Below, one piece after another: positions 12,451-26,462 of a stretch of DNA of 64,000 bases (positions are counted from its first letter, which is position 1; each line of letters opens with the position of its first letter). The notes under the pieces were generated by a model, which ran no database searches, was not told where the DNA came from, and saw only the letters and a list, made by a program, of their open reading frames with translations. This stretch comes from Lama glama (Eukaryota). The position numbers and the translations under genes are program-made. The stretch covers positions 10,914,001-10,978,000 of the forward strand of contig CM052817.1 in the NCBI GenBank assembly GCA_028534125.1. Direction: 5' to 3'.

Positions 12451-13961
12451 TTCTTTCTTTTTTATTTTAACATTTTTTATTGATTTATAGTCATTTTACA
12501 ATGTTGTATCAAATTCCAGTGTAGAGCACAATTTTTCAGTTATACATGAACATATATATATTCATTGTCACATTTTTTTCTCTGTGAGCTACCATAAGAC
12601 CTTGTGTATATTTCCCTGTGCTATACAGTATAACCTTGTTTATCTATTCTACAATTTTGAAATCCCATCTATCCCTTCCCACCCTCTGCCCCCTTGGCAA
12701 CCACAATTTTGTATTCTTTGTCTATGAGTCTATTTCTGTTTTATATTTATGCTTTTTGTTTCTGTTTTTGTTTTTGTTTTTGTTTTTAGATTCCACATAT
12801 GAGCGACCTCATATGGTATTTTTCTTTCTCTTTCTGGCTTAACTCACTTAGAATGACATTCTCCAGGAGCATCCATGTTGCTGCAAATGGTGTTATGTTG
12901 TTGGTTTTTATGGCTGAGTAGTATTCCATTGTATAAATACACCACATCTTCTTTGTCCAGTCATCTATTAATGGACATTTAGGCTGTCCCCATGTCTTGG
13001 CTATTGTAAATAGTGCTGCTATGAACATTGGGGTGCAGGTGTCATCCTGAAGTAGGTTTCCTTCTGGATATAAGCCCAGAAGTGGGATTCCTGGGTCATA
13101 TGGTAAGTCTATTCCTAGTCTTTTGAGGAATCTCCATACNNNNNNNNNNNNNNNNNNNNNNNNNNNNNNNNNNNNNNNNNNNNNNNNNNNNNNNNNNNNN
13201 NNNNNNNNNNNNNNNNNNNNNNNNNNNNNNNNNNNNNNNAGTTTTGATTTGCATTTCTCTGATAATTCATGGTATTGAGCATTTTTTCATGTGCTTATTG
13301 ATCATTTGTATGTCTTCCTTGGAGAATTGCTTGTTTAGGTTTTCTGCCCATTTTTGGATTGGGTTGTTTGGTTGTTTCTTATTAAGTCATATGAGCTGCT
13401 TATATATTCTGGAGATCAAGCCTTTGTTGGCTTCATTTGCAAAAATTCTCTCCCATTCCGTAGGTTGTCTTCCTGTTTTACTTATGGTTTCCTTTGCTGT
13501 GCAGAAGCTTGCAAATTTCATTAGGTCCCATTTGTTTATTCTTGCTTTTATTTCTATTGCTTGAGTAGACTGTTCTAGGAGAACAGTTTTGGGATGTATG
13601 TCAGATAATGTTTTGCCTGTATTTTCTTCTAGGAGGTTTATTGTATCTTGTCTTATGTTTAAGTCTTTGATCCATTTTGAGTTGATTTTTGTGTATGGTG
13701 TAAGGGAGTGTTCTAGCTTCATTGCTTTACATGCTGCTGTCCAGTTTTCCCAGCACCATTTGCTGAAGAGACTGTCTTTATTCCATTGCATATTCTTGTC
13801 TCCTTTGTCAGAGATGAGTTGACCAAAATTTTGTGGGTTCATTTCTGGGCTCTCTATTTTGTTCCATTGGTCTATATGTCTGTTTTTGTACCAATACCAT
13901 GCTGTCTTGTTGACTGTAGCTCTATAGTATTGTCTGAAGTCTAGGAGAGTTATTCCTCCAG
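12451..13961 (-). mobile_element. Young 5'-truncated L1 (ORF2 C-terminus + 3'UTR) inserted in a MIR
   Basis: ORFs 13387-13842 ([16 protein letters not shown]...[11 protein letters not shown]) and 12786-13028 (MFIAALFTIAKTW) are L1 ORF2; TSD cagaggcttggcctttct (12433-12450) / cagaggctggcctttct (13962-13978). Confidence 0.95.
13140..13239. other. Assembly gap (100 N)
   Basis: Run of N inside the young L1. Confidence 0.99.
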
Positions 13962-16900
13962 CAGAGGCTGGCCTTTCTGATCTTCAGTTTCTTCATCCAT
14001 GAAAAAAAAAAGATTGCTCTAGAAAATAGTCGTTGTGCCCTGCTTTGTTTTTAAATTAACCAGAGGGTTAAGCCATTCTCTGAGAATGTAATCTTCCAAA
14101 AGGCACTGGATTAGCAAATCTCCTTCAACATACAGCTTTGGGAGTCAGTCTCGCTGCTCACTTCATTTCCCTTTCACTGATGTGGTTGGCCCCCCTGGGG
14201 AGATCTTGGACAAACCAAAGGATGACACAAGAAACCTAAAGCCAGCTGAGATCCAGTGAGGCACTAAACAAATGATAGGGAGACCTGAGAGAGACCAGTC
14301 CCTTCTTGTCTAGAGCTGTTGCCCTGAGAGGAAGCAGCAAACTCAGGCTGTCAGAAGAAGCAGCATGAAAATAAAACCACAAGGCAAATGGAGAAGGTAG
14401 GAGAAGGTGTCCCTTAGGGTTCCCCACCATCCAATGATGCAGAATCCAGCCCTGGAGCATGGTGTCCCTATGTTAGCACCTGGCAGGTCCCCATATTGAG
14501 GAAGGCCATAGAGCTTCCCGATACATGGGAAGAGGCCAATGGCAGCACTCAGGGATCCAGAAAGAAAAGAGTCCAATGGGACCCAGAACCAAGTGCAAAG
14601 CCAGGCCAGTCATGGGCAGGAGGGGTAGGTTGTCTGGCAGTAAGAATCCAGCACCCCCAAAGCACGGTTAGGTCCTTTTGTACCTCAGAAAGGGTTCTTT
14701 TGGTTTTGCTAGAAAGAGACACTCTGTTAAGCTATCTCATATAATAAACATTTATTGTCTGGATGCATGTTCAACACGAGAGACCAGATCACAAAAGAAG
14801 CCAGGTTGTTGTCTAAAATTCAAGGCATCATCAATCCTGGGACTTTGCCATTTGTTCTCTCCTTCTATTTATGTCTTCTTGTTCCTCATCTCCGACACAT
14901 TGGTTTACTTTATGTATTTTCCAAGTGAGGTTTTAAAAGGAGAGAGTCTAGCTGACCTGGCTAATTAACATCGCCCTTACTTTCTGAGCCCATCTTCATT
15001 ATGACTCAATGGCCCGCCTATGAACTGGCAGCCCTCAAATCAAATATTTAGTACAAATCCAGTAAGTAGCAACTCTTATTCAAGGAACTATCTAGGGGTC
15101 ACTTGTTGTGGGTGGGACCAACACCTCTTGAATTTGGTAGTGAATGGCAGGTGCTCTGATGAGCAAGTCTGATGAGCATCCATATAACAAACATTAACTA
15201 AGAGACTACAATGGGCTGGTGCCTACTAAGCCCTGGACTCTCAGGAAGTCCCCATTTCTGTCCCTTGGGGTCCAATGAATTGAGGCACCTAGAAGGATAA
15301 GGGTGCTACCTAGCAGATCACAGGGACTTGATGTCTTGCTTTTCTGCATGACAGAAGGGGAAGTGAAGGGGAAGTAATTAGCAGGACCTAAAGAGACAGA
15401 AGGTTCTGAGAGGTTGCACTTCCATCAATTGCTCTGGATGGAATTTTGCCGGGTCCTTCTGGGTTGTCATTGATGTGGTTACTAGTATCACAGCCTGTGC
15501 ACCCAGATGCATTCCTTGCTTCAGCTGATGATGCCCACAAATAAAGCTCATACCGATAGGTCCATTGGCTGGGAATCAGACAGAGCTGGGGTCCCTCTAG
15601 AGCTCAGCTGGGCATCCTTGGGCAAGTCAAACTTTCTAGCTTTCTGTGTCCTCATCTATAAAATGACACTACAAAAACCTAGCTCATACCTTCCTTGTGC
15701 ATGGACCTCTATGCTTGGGATCATTCTTTTCATTACAATTAGTATGTGATTGAATAATGTTTAACTCTTAAAAGCAGTATGGTTCATTCTGTGACAGGAA
15801 ATGGATGGGGACTTGGAGCAGAGAGGATGAGGGGGACTTCTAAGGCATTGCTTTCAGGGAAGAAATGTGAAGGTAGAAGGGAATAGTTCCAGGGTCCCTG
15901 AAATCATGGGCTCTAGAAACTGTTTCTTACACAGCCATTCTGGGGACCAGCTGGTGCCCTGATGTGAGAGAATCAAGAGTTATAATGTCAGAATCTAGGC
16001 CAGTGTTGACTCACAGTCCTTGGCTGATGCAACTCTGAAGAGTCAGAAAGCTCCTTCCCCGAATACTACTTAAGGTCCAGGATCATGTTGAATTACTGGG
16101 AACTCAGGACTCCAGAGATAACACTCTGGGGAGATACTCCCATTCCTCCTCCACGTTTCCCATCACAAGATGGAGTGGACTGATGTCCGGAGCAGCATGG
16201 GGCATTCAGGGAGAGAGGTGTGATGTAGGGCACACAACTGAACATAATCTTCTGTTTTCAAGCTGAAAGCCATGTGTTAGCTACAAAAGTAATGATAGAA
16301 GGAAACAGGGGCTGAGAACTTACAGGTTTAGAGATTGCCATGTTTTCTCTCCAAGAATCATTTTGGGGCAGGACTAGATCTTTGGGGCTGAGTAAACCTC
16401 AAGTTTCTTGGATAATTTGAGATAGGGAGGAAGGCAAGAGGAAGGGATGTTGGCTGCTCTGCTAATCTGGATATTGTGGGTGCTACAAACAGCCTTAATC
16501 TGAAAAATCAAGAGATAGGAACATTATACATGCCCCCTAGTAGGGGAAGAAGCTATTGTGTTATTATTCTGAGAAGGCTATCAGACTGTGAGCCTGCAAG
16601 GATGGTCCTATGAGCTTTGTACACAGCTCTCCAATGGTTGGAATCCATCAAGGATTTGCAGAAGTTTTACTATATCAGTCCACATGGAAAGTGACAGAGT
16701 ATCTTGCTTCATTTGAGCTGGGCTGTGATTTCCCTACCATGGATTAACCTGGATGTCTTATGACTGTCAAGGAATCTAGAATAGAGACCTCAGAGCCAGC
16801 TCCATGGCCGCCTCTGGGAGTTTGAAGCTAACATGCAGCTTTGCCAATAACACGATGCGACAGAGCATGCTCAGCGCACTGGGGCTGGGTGAGCTGTGAA

Positions 16901-18139
16901 GGAAAGGTGGTTTCCATGCAGTCTGGAAGCAGATAACTTGCCTCCACTTCTTCTAATCTTGCCTTGGTACTGAATTCATCACTTGCTGTATGTCTCAAGG
17001 TTCATCCTCTTCAAACCCTTTGTCCAAACTTAAGATATGTGTGGCCATATTCAATCTGCAAAAAGGAAAATCATGATAGAGTTAAGGCTCAAAGTCTGCC
17101 CGGCACACAGCTGTGCTATTAATTTTGGCATTTCAGCTGTATTCATGAACAACATTACACCCCATACAGCAGGATGTTTGGGGCGACTATAATAAAATTC
17201 ATATAAAGAGAACAATTTAAATATCAGTCTAATTCATATAGATTAATTTAGTTCATGTATAATTTAATTTTCTTTAATTTGCATTGCTGAATGTGTTGTT
17301 ATTTTCTTGGTAAAATAAATTTCTTTCTCACCCTTTCCCAGCTGTCCAGGGAAATGGACAAGGTATGATCATCTGAAAGTTCCATTTTTTCTGGTAGAAA
17401 ATTCTAGAAACTATCAGTTAATGAAATAATTCTAAGTGAATAGATATTTAATAAAGGAGGAAGTGTCTTTCAGGGAGATAGTTTGGAATTTAGAGTTAAA
17501 ATCTGAATTGGGAATATGAGTGAGGAAAAACATGATCCTAATATGTTGACTGTGTTGATGTTAGGTTGAATTCAGCATGTTGTTTGAGATTCTACTGAAC
17601 AAAAGATACAAGGAGGAAAAAAAACCTAATATTCATTTTTCTCTATTATGTCCCAGGCACTGTGCATGGTATTTTAAATACAATATTTTTTGAGGTTTTG
17701 TTTAAAATTAACCTCAATATTTCCTTACTTAAATAACTGAGCAAAATAATAGCACTTGCATCATAGAATGGTATGATAAGGTCTGTAGTCAAGCTTTGGT
17801 CAGGTGTTCATCCCTGATCTGATCAACCACAGGGAGGAATGGCTCTATATGGCAGGAACTCATTGCTAGTGATCCCACCATGTGCATGGGGGAGTGAAGA
17901 GAAGGCAGTCGTAGAAGTAAGAGAATTGTGGTGAGTCCACAAAAACTCCAAAAGTTACCTTCTAGGGTAAATCTGTTCATGGCTCTCTAATTCTTGGTCT
18001 GGGATAATAATAGGACCCTCATTTTAGGATCATCATGAGGATTAAGTGAGAAATATAAAGCATTTTAGATGATGCTTTTGCATAACAAACTCTTCCCAGT
18101 CACTCTTTTTTTTTTTCCAGACTTGTTTAGCTTTTAAGT

Positions 18140-18400
18140 AGAAGTTATCTATTGCTGCATAACAAATTACCACAAACACAGCGGCTTAAAAGAAGTAGAA
18201 ATGTTTATCTCAGTTTCTGTAAGTCCAGAGTCTGGGCACAGCTGAGCTGAGCCATCTGTACAGCCGCAATCAATATATTGGGGCCAATATCTCATCTGAG
18301 GCTTGACTGGGGAAGAATATGCTTTCGATATCACATGGTTGTTGGCAGGATTCAGTTAGTTCTTCATGACCGTTGGACTGAGAAACTCAGTTCTTGCTGT
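18140..18400 (-). mobile_element. MaLR LTR fragment (MLT1)
   Basis: 'gttatctattgctgcataacaaattaccacaaacacagcggcttaaaa...tctcatctgaggcttgactggggaagaat'. Confidence 0.7.
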
Positions 18401-18834
18401 TTTTTTCTTTTTCACACCTTTATGTGATATAGCTTCTGTAGAGTAAACTACACATATTTCAAATGTACTATTTGATGAATTTTGATAGATGTATTCTCCC
18501 CAGTCACTCTTCAACCAGCCAACGTATGCATTTCTTTCAGGTTCCATCTGAACAGTCACTTCTTAAAAATCTCTCTGTAACTCCTAAACTCTGGATTGGG
18601 TTCCCCAGCAGTTGTTCCACTTGAGCTTTGTCATTACCCAACATGCTATTTATCACACTCTAATATAATTGTTTGTCCAATTATCCAACTCCAGGATTAG
18701 TATCTGAGCACATAAGGACAAGAAATAAGTCTCATACACTATCTTACCCCCTGTGCCTAGTTGACATTATGAACTTAATAAATCTTTGTTTAATAAATAA
18801 TGCTGAACCCTGAGTAACATTAGCTCATCAACTT

Positions 18835-19170
18835 GTCATCATCATTTTATAGATGAGGAAACTGAGTCTTGGAAAAGTTAAGTAACTTAACTCTAATTTA
18901 CCTCTTAGGTAAATGGGGGAACAGGATTTGCAGTCAGGGCTCGTGAGTCCCAGATCCATGCTTTTCCCACTATGGCAGGATGCCTTACTAGGCCAACATC
19001 TGTACTGGACGCAACACTATGTATTTCCATACTATCTTGTTTAGATGCTGCAACAGTCTTTTAAGGCAGGTGTACCAGTTTGCCATATGATGAAATCATG
19101 GCTCAAAGAAAACTTTACATGCCATAGGTCACATGGCTAGTAGGTGACAGAACTAAGGTCCAGCTCTCTG
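18835..19170. mobile_element. Two MIR fragments
   Basis: 'cattttatagatgaggaaactgagtctt' and 'catggctcaaag...ggtcacatggctagtaggtgacaga'. Confidence 0.65.
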
Positions 19171-20160
19171 CTTTCCACAGAGAACCTATCTATGATCACG
19201 TGTAGGCAGCCAACAAGCCCAAACAGCCAGACCAGCAAACCTCAACCGTCAGATCCAACATGAGATCACCACAGGCTTAAATGGGTCAAACTTCTACTCC
19301 TGAGATATTCTGACTGGCTGTGTTGATCTCAGGCTTTTGCCTTGCTTTCCCGGCTCCCGGCAGCAGTGCGATGCTGTTACGGTGAGCTATTTATAGATCA
19401 CCTGAAATATGTTTAAGAACAGTTCATATGTACCTACTGCAAAGTATTATGGGAGTAATTCTTTTTCCAATGGTTACAGAAAATTCAAGGGGCAAAGGGA
19501 AATAAAATAGCTGAAAAAATACATTGCTTAGGGTGTTTGAAATCTGCTTTTGGTCAATATTTTTTCTTTCCTCTTCTCTTTTTAATATTTCTATCTAGTA
19601 ACTGAATGTTTATTAAAATAGTTGGCAAAGGGCAATATTTTATTTACATATGGTCTTTAGGTGATATGTTATTTTATAAGTATTACACAGGCTTCCTTCT
19701 CCTTTTTATCATTAAAGGTAAGGAAGATTTAGCATCATAGTTTGAGAAATCATAAAGAGCTCTAGCATTTCCTCAATGGTCAATTTCTGTTATGCCAAAC
19801 TGTCTTCTCTTTAGCTAGTAAAATGCAACTAGAAGTGGTAAAATAATTATTCAAAGAACAACAGTAACTATACTATAGTATATCAAAAGCATCACTGGTT
19901 AAGAATGAAATGACTCCATCTCATAAATGCTAGTAAGATCAAGTAGAAAAGGTTAATACAGAATCTAAACCATCATTTCTTTGGCATCTTGTCAAGCATC
20001 ATGAAGAATAAAATTAAAAAGAAACCACCAAACACTGCCTTCAAATTGACCCTCAAAAAGGAAAGATAGCCCAGGTACACACCAAACTCTTAGAATTCCA
20101 TAGCTCACCAATAGCACAGTGCAGAGGAAAGGACCCTAGGATAGGGTCAAGCAGACCTAG

Positions 20161-20511
20161 TGTGTTAGTGAGTTCAGGCTACTATAACAAATACCATAAT
20201 AGACTGGGTGGTTTAAACAGCTGACATTATTTCTCATAGTTCTACAAGCTGGAAGTCTAAGATCAGAATGTCAGGATGGTCAGTTCTGGTGGGATCCCTC
20301 TTCATGGTTTGTAGATGGCTGTCTTCCTCACAAAGCAAAGAGAGTAATCATCTCTCTCATGTTGCTTTTTATAAGGGCACGAATCCCATTCATGAGGGTT
20401 CCACCCTGATGACCTAATTGCCTCCCAAAAGTCCCTCCTCCAAATACCATCACACTGGGGACTAGGCTTCAAATGTGGATTTGCAGGGACACAAATATTC
20501 AGTCCATAGCA
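20161..20511 (-). mobile_element. Solo MaLR LTR (MLT1A-like), essentially complete
   Basis: TG...CA termini 'tgtgttagt...aatattcagtccatagca'; typical MLT1A body; inserted in a MIR-like sequence. Confidence 0.85.
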
Positions 20512-21051
20512 GCTAACTCTAGACCCATCTTGGATGCCAACTTGCTCTGTCACATGCCTCTCTGGGCCCCTGTTTCCTTACCTACAAATGACCTTCTCCT
20601 TCTCTTAGGAATGCTAAAGTTCTGAATGCCAAGGGAAGAAGACTGGCAGATGAAAGACTAGTGTGGATTCTAAGGAGGAAAGGACAGGGGTTCCTGAATA
20701 CAACTGTGGGAGACTCTGGGCAAATGGGATTTAAAATGGTTGGGAACTCACTCCCTAGGGAGGAGGACCAGCACAGGCAGAGACACCTACAGAGTATGAG
20801 GTACAGATCTGGAGGGAGAGCACTGGGAATTCACAAAAGGAAGTGTTGAAAACAAGCTCAAAGGGAGCAACAGAGTCAGGAAGAGAGTGCAGGGAAAAAT
20901 CAATGAATCCCTTGGCCCACTCCTCCAATTAGCCCTCTACAAAAGCTGCACATACACTTTTCTATCACCCAGTTAAGATGATAACACTTCCCTGTGCAGA
21001 GTCTTTTAATGACCACCTATTGCCCTCAGTATTTCAAAAAAAAAAACTTAC

Positions 21052-21368
21052 TACAATCCTTACAACTATATCTTATCCTTGGTTTCAAAATTCAATAGTC
21101 TCTGAAACCCAAAGTTTATTCACATATATTTGGCAGCAAAGCTTGATCTAAACAGACATAAGGTTCTTTCTGCTCTTTCTTTCTTGGGTGTGACTATTCA
21201 GTGACAGAATAACCAACAGGATTATTATAGAGTGCTGCCCCAGGCCCCACTGGGGATATATATGATATATACAGTAAAATTACTATATTACATTCTAAAA
21301 TATGAAAAATCTGAACCCAAAAAGCACATCTGGCCCCAAGATTTTGTATAACAGAGTGTGGATTTATA
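21052..21368 (-). mobile_element. Non-autonomous Tigger (Tigger16-like)
   Basis: End 'aaaatctgaa...cacatctggccccaagattttgtataacagagtgtggatt' resembles the antisense Tigger16 terminus from recall. Confidence 0.6.
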
Positions 21369-22899
21369 GTTTCTTATCAAGATAAACGTGGTCCCCCGTG
21401 GCAAGGCCTTGCCAACCTCCCCCTCTAGTAACTCACGCCCATTTGTCCCACCATGCTATATTCCAGACAACTTGAGTCCTCACCATTGTCCTGTGCCAAA
21501 GTTTTGCATACCACTAAGGCTTTGCATAAACTTTCTCACTGAATGGAACATCGCTAACTTACCTCTTTATCTAGAAAAATACTCTGTGCCTTTCAAAGCT
21601 CATTTCACAGGCTTCTTCCTCTTTAAAGCCATCCTTAGTCTGTCCCTATATCTGCCCTCTCCTGTAGCCTGCACGGACTTGGCAACCAGCTCTTCTGTGC
21701 ACTTAGCCTATGCACATTATAGCATGGGCCACATTGATGGTAACTATCTGTTTACAGGTCAGTGTTCCTCCCCTGGCCCACAGGTTCCTGAAGGGCAGGA
21801 CTTGCCTTCCTGATCTCTGAGCTCAGCACCTGGCAGAGGTCTTGGCACTAAGGAATGCCTGGTCAGCGATGGTGGGCTCTCGGTCAAGAGCAATCCACCA
21901 ATCTATCACTCAGTCAGAAGATAAACTGACCATCTGCATCAAGGTCCTTCTGACACAGGACTAACAGGGAGACTGAAGCAAAGGCAGAACTCTCCAACTT
22001 CCTTCCTTAGGGCACAAGGATTGTCATGTGACCCCTACATGTGCTCTGGTCCTTCACCAGCTCTCTCCACCTGCACAGCAGGAGTGGCTCCAGGACGTGG
22101 AGCAGCCTACCACACTCTCCCCAAGGCTGCAGAGGTGAGACCTCCTTCTCTCCAGGGCCTTCCAGATGAGGACAAAGGCCAAGTTGTCTTCCAACCAATG
22201 GTAGCTGGGTATGCAAATGAGACAGTTCATCAACAGTCTGGGTAGAAAATACTTAGTTACCTTTGGGACCACAAATCCAAGATTCAGATGCAGATGGGGT
22301 AAACAATAGTATTCAGAACAACAATTATATTGGCATAGATCAGCAAGACTTGCAAAAGACTTTTAGTTACATTTTCTCATTTAAGTAAATTCTAACAACA
22401 ACCCTGTATAGTAGATATTGTTATTGCAACCAATTAGTGGATGAGGAAACTAAGGCTCAGAGAGAATTAGCCTTTGCAGTAAATGTGCAAATTTAATCAA
22501 AAAGCTGAGGTTAAAAGTAGATTTATGGGGAAAACACCCAAATTTGAAGGACAGAGTATTAGCCAAAGCCATAGTACCAGAAAAAAGGGACTTACATTTT
22601 CAGAAAAGACTTCAATATTAATGGCAGGAAAAGGGTTATGGGTTTATGTGTAGAAGCTTCAGGCCTTTGATTCTAAGAAGAGAAAACTGTGTATCTGCAA
22701 GAGAACCGGCATTAACAAAAATAAATTTAAGCAAAAAAGCTGGCTGAAGTTGGTAAGATGTGGATTTAATTCAGGTGCATGATTATTACAGAAAATTTAG
22801 AAAAACTAAAAAATAAAATAAAATTAAATTAAATTAAAAAATTCTTAAGTCCCATCATATAAAATCATTATCAATATGCATTTTTATTTTAAAGGATTT

Positions 22900-23530
22900 T
22901 TAAAATATGTATGTTGTCTGTGCCTTTCAAAGCACACTTTCTGCTAAGCAGTGAATGCACGTGTTCATTTCACTACACCCTCGTCAACACCAGGTATTAT
23001 TAATTCATTTTAAATATCGGATAATTTGATGGAGAAATTTTGAAAGGGGAAAAATCACCCCTCACTATTATTTCATTTACATACATTTGGTTACTTAGGA
23101 AAGTTAAAAGTTTTTCTGTAGTTATTTATCAGCATAATTTATATTTGTCTTTTGCCTACTTATGTTCTTTCTCCACCAATTTGCTGGCGTCCTGGTATTT
23201 GTATCCTTGAATTTCTGTGAGTTTGATATTTATTTGAGAAGTCACCCTTTGTTAAATTTTCTACAACGTTATCTCTAGTTCTGTTAATTGCTTTTTAATC
23301 TCAGTGATTTTTTTGACGTATAAAAGTTGTAAATTTCTATGTAGTCAGATCTGTCAATCACATCCTTAGTTGATTTATTCCATCAATTCTAAGCATAGAA
23401 AATTCTCCCCCCTCAGGAGGTTGGATAAATATTCACAACTATTTTCTTCCAGATTTTCTAACAGTTAAGATTTTTAAGTATTTAACTCTTTAATCCATCT
23501 GGAATTTATTTTGATGTTCCTAGTGAGGTA
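22900..23530 (-). mobile_element. Old L1 (L1ME-type) ORF2 fragment
   Basis: 'tttaactctttaatccatctggaatttattttgatg', 'gtagtcagatctgtcaatc' typical of antisense L1 ORF2. Confidence 0.65.
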
Positions 23531-24973
23531 AGAAATGTTCTAAATTCTTCTAAAATAAAATGAAACATTTAACATCTCACATGTTTAGTTGATATTAGCA
23601 TAAACCTCGAAGGCCAAGTGGTAACAGCTTCAAAGGCTGCAAATTTCTTAATAGAGTTTAGGATTTCCCCCTTAATAGCACAGGGTACCAAACACACATA
23701 CTTGCCAGTCATTACTCCAAGTGAGTTTATCAGCCGGCAGCACACTCAACATATGGTCTCTTTTTCATTATTTAGAAAAGTAAGAAATAAATAAGAACTG
23801 GGGCTCCTACCAATCATTAGCAAATCCTCCAAAGAAAATTAAACACATAGTGGAGTCTTTTCCCTAATGGCCTGGTGCAATCTCCCTGACTAAATCATTT
23901 CACCAAAGAAAACTGCCCTTCCTTCCTATCACCGCCTCTCGTTCTAAGTGCAGCAGTGACTCATTCCAAAAAGCACACGCAGAAGAAACCCGAGGACCTG
24001 CCTTTGATTTCTTTCCACACTGGGGAAACATTCCTGCCTCTCCCTGCCTTCCAGTCCAAAGGCAGCCACGTCTGGAGCTGCACTGAAAAAGATTTGTGGC
24101 TTATTGTCCTGATGGACGCCAGAGTAATGGAATAGCTCTGTACTGTGTCCTGAAAAGGCAGGCCAACAAGACATTGCGCTATTGATGGCTCACATTATAA
24201 TGGAGAAATATTAGGGGGATATTTCAACAGGCACCCAGAGGAGAAACAGAAGCTATAAGAATGCCACAGGCTGATTCCAAGGAGAGTAAAGGGGACATTA
24301 AAAAAGGGGGTTGTGGGGGAAGGTGGGAAATGCTTCAGGAAGAAAAAATAACTCCACTCAGAGAATATATGTTAATGCAAAGCCTGTTTGCTAGGCAGGC
24401 TCTCCAGAGAAGGGCGGTAACGATCCCCAGTATGTGAACTCTGCAATTACAGCATTATTAATTTATGCAGCTCTGTGGACCACACATGGGACTTCATGGT
24501 AATTAAGTTACAGATAAAATCATGGTAGTTTCCCTCTGAATATAAACAGTTGTGTTCTGTTTAACACACACTTAAGGAAAAACTGGTGGGTTTTAACCAA
24601 AAATAGTCTCTGGTAAACATATTTGATGCAGAACGTATCAGCGATACAAAGTGTTTTTTTTTTTTTTCAAAGTACTGCCTAACAATAGATTTAGCAGAGA
24701 AGTAGAATGATGGAGACTTAGCCAGTCAACCACTTCATGACAGAAGAGGGTAGGGAGGCTGGAGGCAAGAAGCTTAATGAGCCCCTTATATGAGGACTGC
24801 ATTAGCGATTTGCAAAGGTTCGAGCAGACACCGAGGTGAGGAGAAAATCCATTATCATGATCACCAGGAATGGTCAGAAATGGATTAAACCAAGACATAA
24901 CCCTTAAAAAGTGGTATACTTTGGACCCTGCAATTTTACTGCCAGGAATTCATTCTAAGTAAATAACCACCAC

Positions 24974-25446
24974 AATGGCTAATTTTTTTGTATCAACCTG
25001 ACTGAACCCCAGGGTGTGCAGATATTTGGTTAAACATTATTTCCAAGTATGTCTGTGAAAGTGTTTCTGAGTGAGATTAATATTTGCATCATAGACTAAG
25101 TAAAGCAGATTGCCCTCCCCTTTGTGGGTAACCTTCATCTCATCCAATGAAAGCCCAAATAGAAATAAAAGACTGAGTGGAAAAGAATTCTTTCTCTCTC
25201 TGGCTGTCTTTGAGCTGGAACACCAGTCTTATCCTGTCCCTAGACTCAGACTCGGACTGGAGCACTGTCAGCTCTCCTAGTTCTCAGCATTTGGACTCAG
25301 ATTGGACCTAGAGAACTTGCTCTCCTAGGGCTTCCACTTGCCAACTGCCGATCTTGGACATCTCAGCCCCTGTAATCTTGTGAGCAAATTCTTTACAATA
25401 CACAGCTCTTATGTTGGTTCTGTTTCTCAGGAGAACCAAGATTAAC
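24974..25446 (+). mobile_element. ERVL solo LTR (MLT2B/D-like) inserted into an old L1 fragment
   Basis: 'atggctaatttttttgtatcaacctgactga...cagatatttggttaaacattatt...ttggttctgtttctcaggagaacc' MLT2 signature; L1-like flanks ~24915-24970 and ~25450-25530. Confidence 0.8.
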
Positions 25447-26034
25447 AAAATCAGAGATATATGCAAAAATTTTGCTACAAAAATATTCACCCCAGTATTG
25501 TTTATAATAGCAAAACTTGGCAAACAACTCGCCTTCTTTATCTAACATCCTAGGGTAAAGAAATATCTGTATTTGTAGATACATTTGTGGACCCTCATCT
25601 TGAATGACTACAGAGTCTCCCATTGATTACTACATAATTGGGGTAATTAATATATGCAAAGATTTAAGAACGATGTTACATAAGCCCTTTATTATGTTCA
25701 ATTAGTTGAAAAGAGCACATTTTAAGCATCATAAATATTGTTTGATTTATTTTTATTTTCTGCTTGCTGAATCTCTCAGGAGTACCTTCTCCAGCAGTTC
25801 CAACAAAATTCTTATAAATTTATTTGTTTTACTACCAATGAAATCACAAGGCATTTTTATTGTATCTAGACTGTCATTTAAATGAGCTCATTTTGTGCCA
25901 AATTCTCTAATTTATGTCCCTGAGTAACCCACATATCAGATATCAAGGTACATTTCTCAAGATTGTAAAAATATATATAAACATAATACCACGTAGAGTA
26001 TACTAGGACACCTAAGGAAAATGTTAAGACTGTC

Positions 26035-26420
26035 AACTAGTTACATATTGCCGAATAACAAATTACTCCAAAATTTAGTGGTTTAATGTGACAAATACTT
26101 ATTGTCTCACAATTTATGTGAGTCAGGAATCCAGCCATGGTTCAGCAGGGTCCTTCGGCTCTGATCTCCTACAGGGATACAACCAAGGTATGGGCCAGTT
26201 CTGCAGTCTACTTAAAACTCAACTGGGAGACGATCCAATTTTGAGCTCATTCAGGTTGTTGTTGACAGGAATCAGAGGAGTCAGTTCCTCATTAGTTGTT
26301 GAGCTAAGACCTCTCTTAGTCCTTGCTGACCTCTAGACAGCTGCTCACAGCATGGCAGCTGATTTCACCAGGGTGAGAAAGTGAGAAGGCATGAAAGAAG
26401 ACAGAAGTCACAAACTTTTA
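26035..26420 (-). mobile_element. MaLR LTR fragment (MLT1)
   Basis: 'attgccgaataacaaattactccaaaatttagtggttta...gtgagtcaggaatccagccatgg'. Confidence 0.7.
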
Positions 26421-26422
26421 GG

Positions 26423-26462
26423 TAGGGTTGCTGTATTTAGCAAATAAAAATACATGATACCC
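26423..26462 (+). mobile_element. hAT MITE (MER53-like), left part
   Basis: 'tagggttgctgtatttagcaaataaaaatacatgataccc' matches the MER53-type terminus; remainder at 29515-29655. Confidence 0.65.

Noticed and set aside
13244..13842. ORFs of 77-151 aa on both strands
   Set aside because: L1 ORF2 fragment and its antisense frames; not a host gene
14200..17000. Possible ERV/Gypsy internal region or processed pseudogene
   Set aside because: The segments I translated by hand gave no convincing gag, pol, env or cellular protein motif; left unassigned
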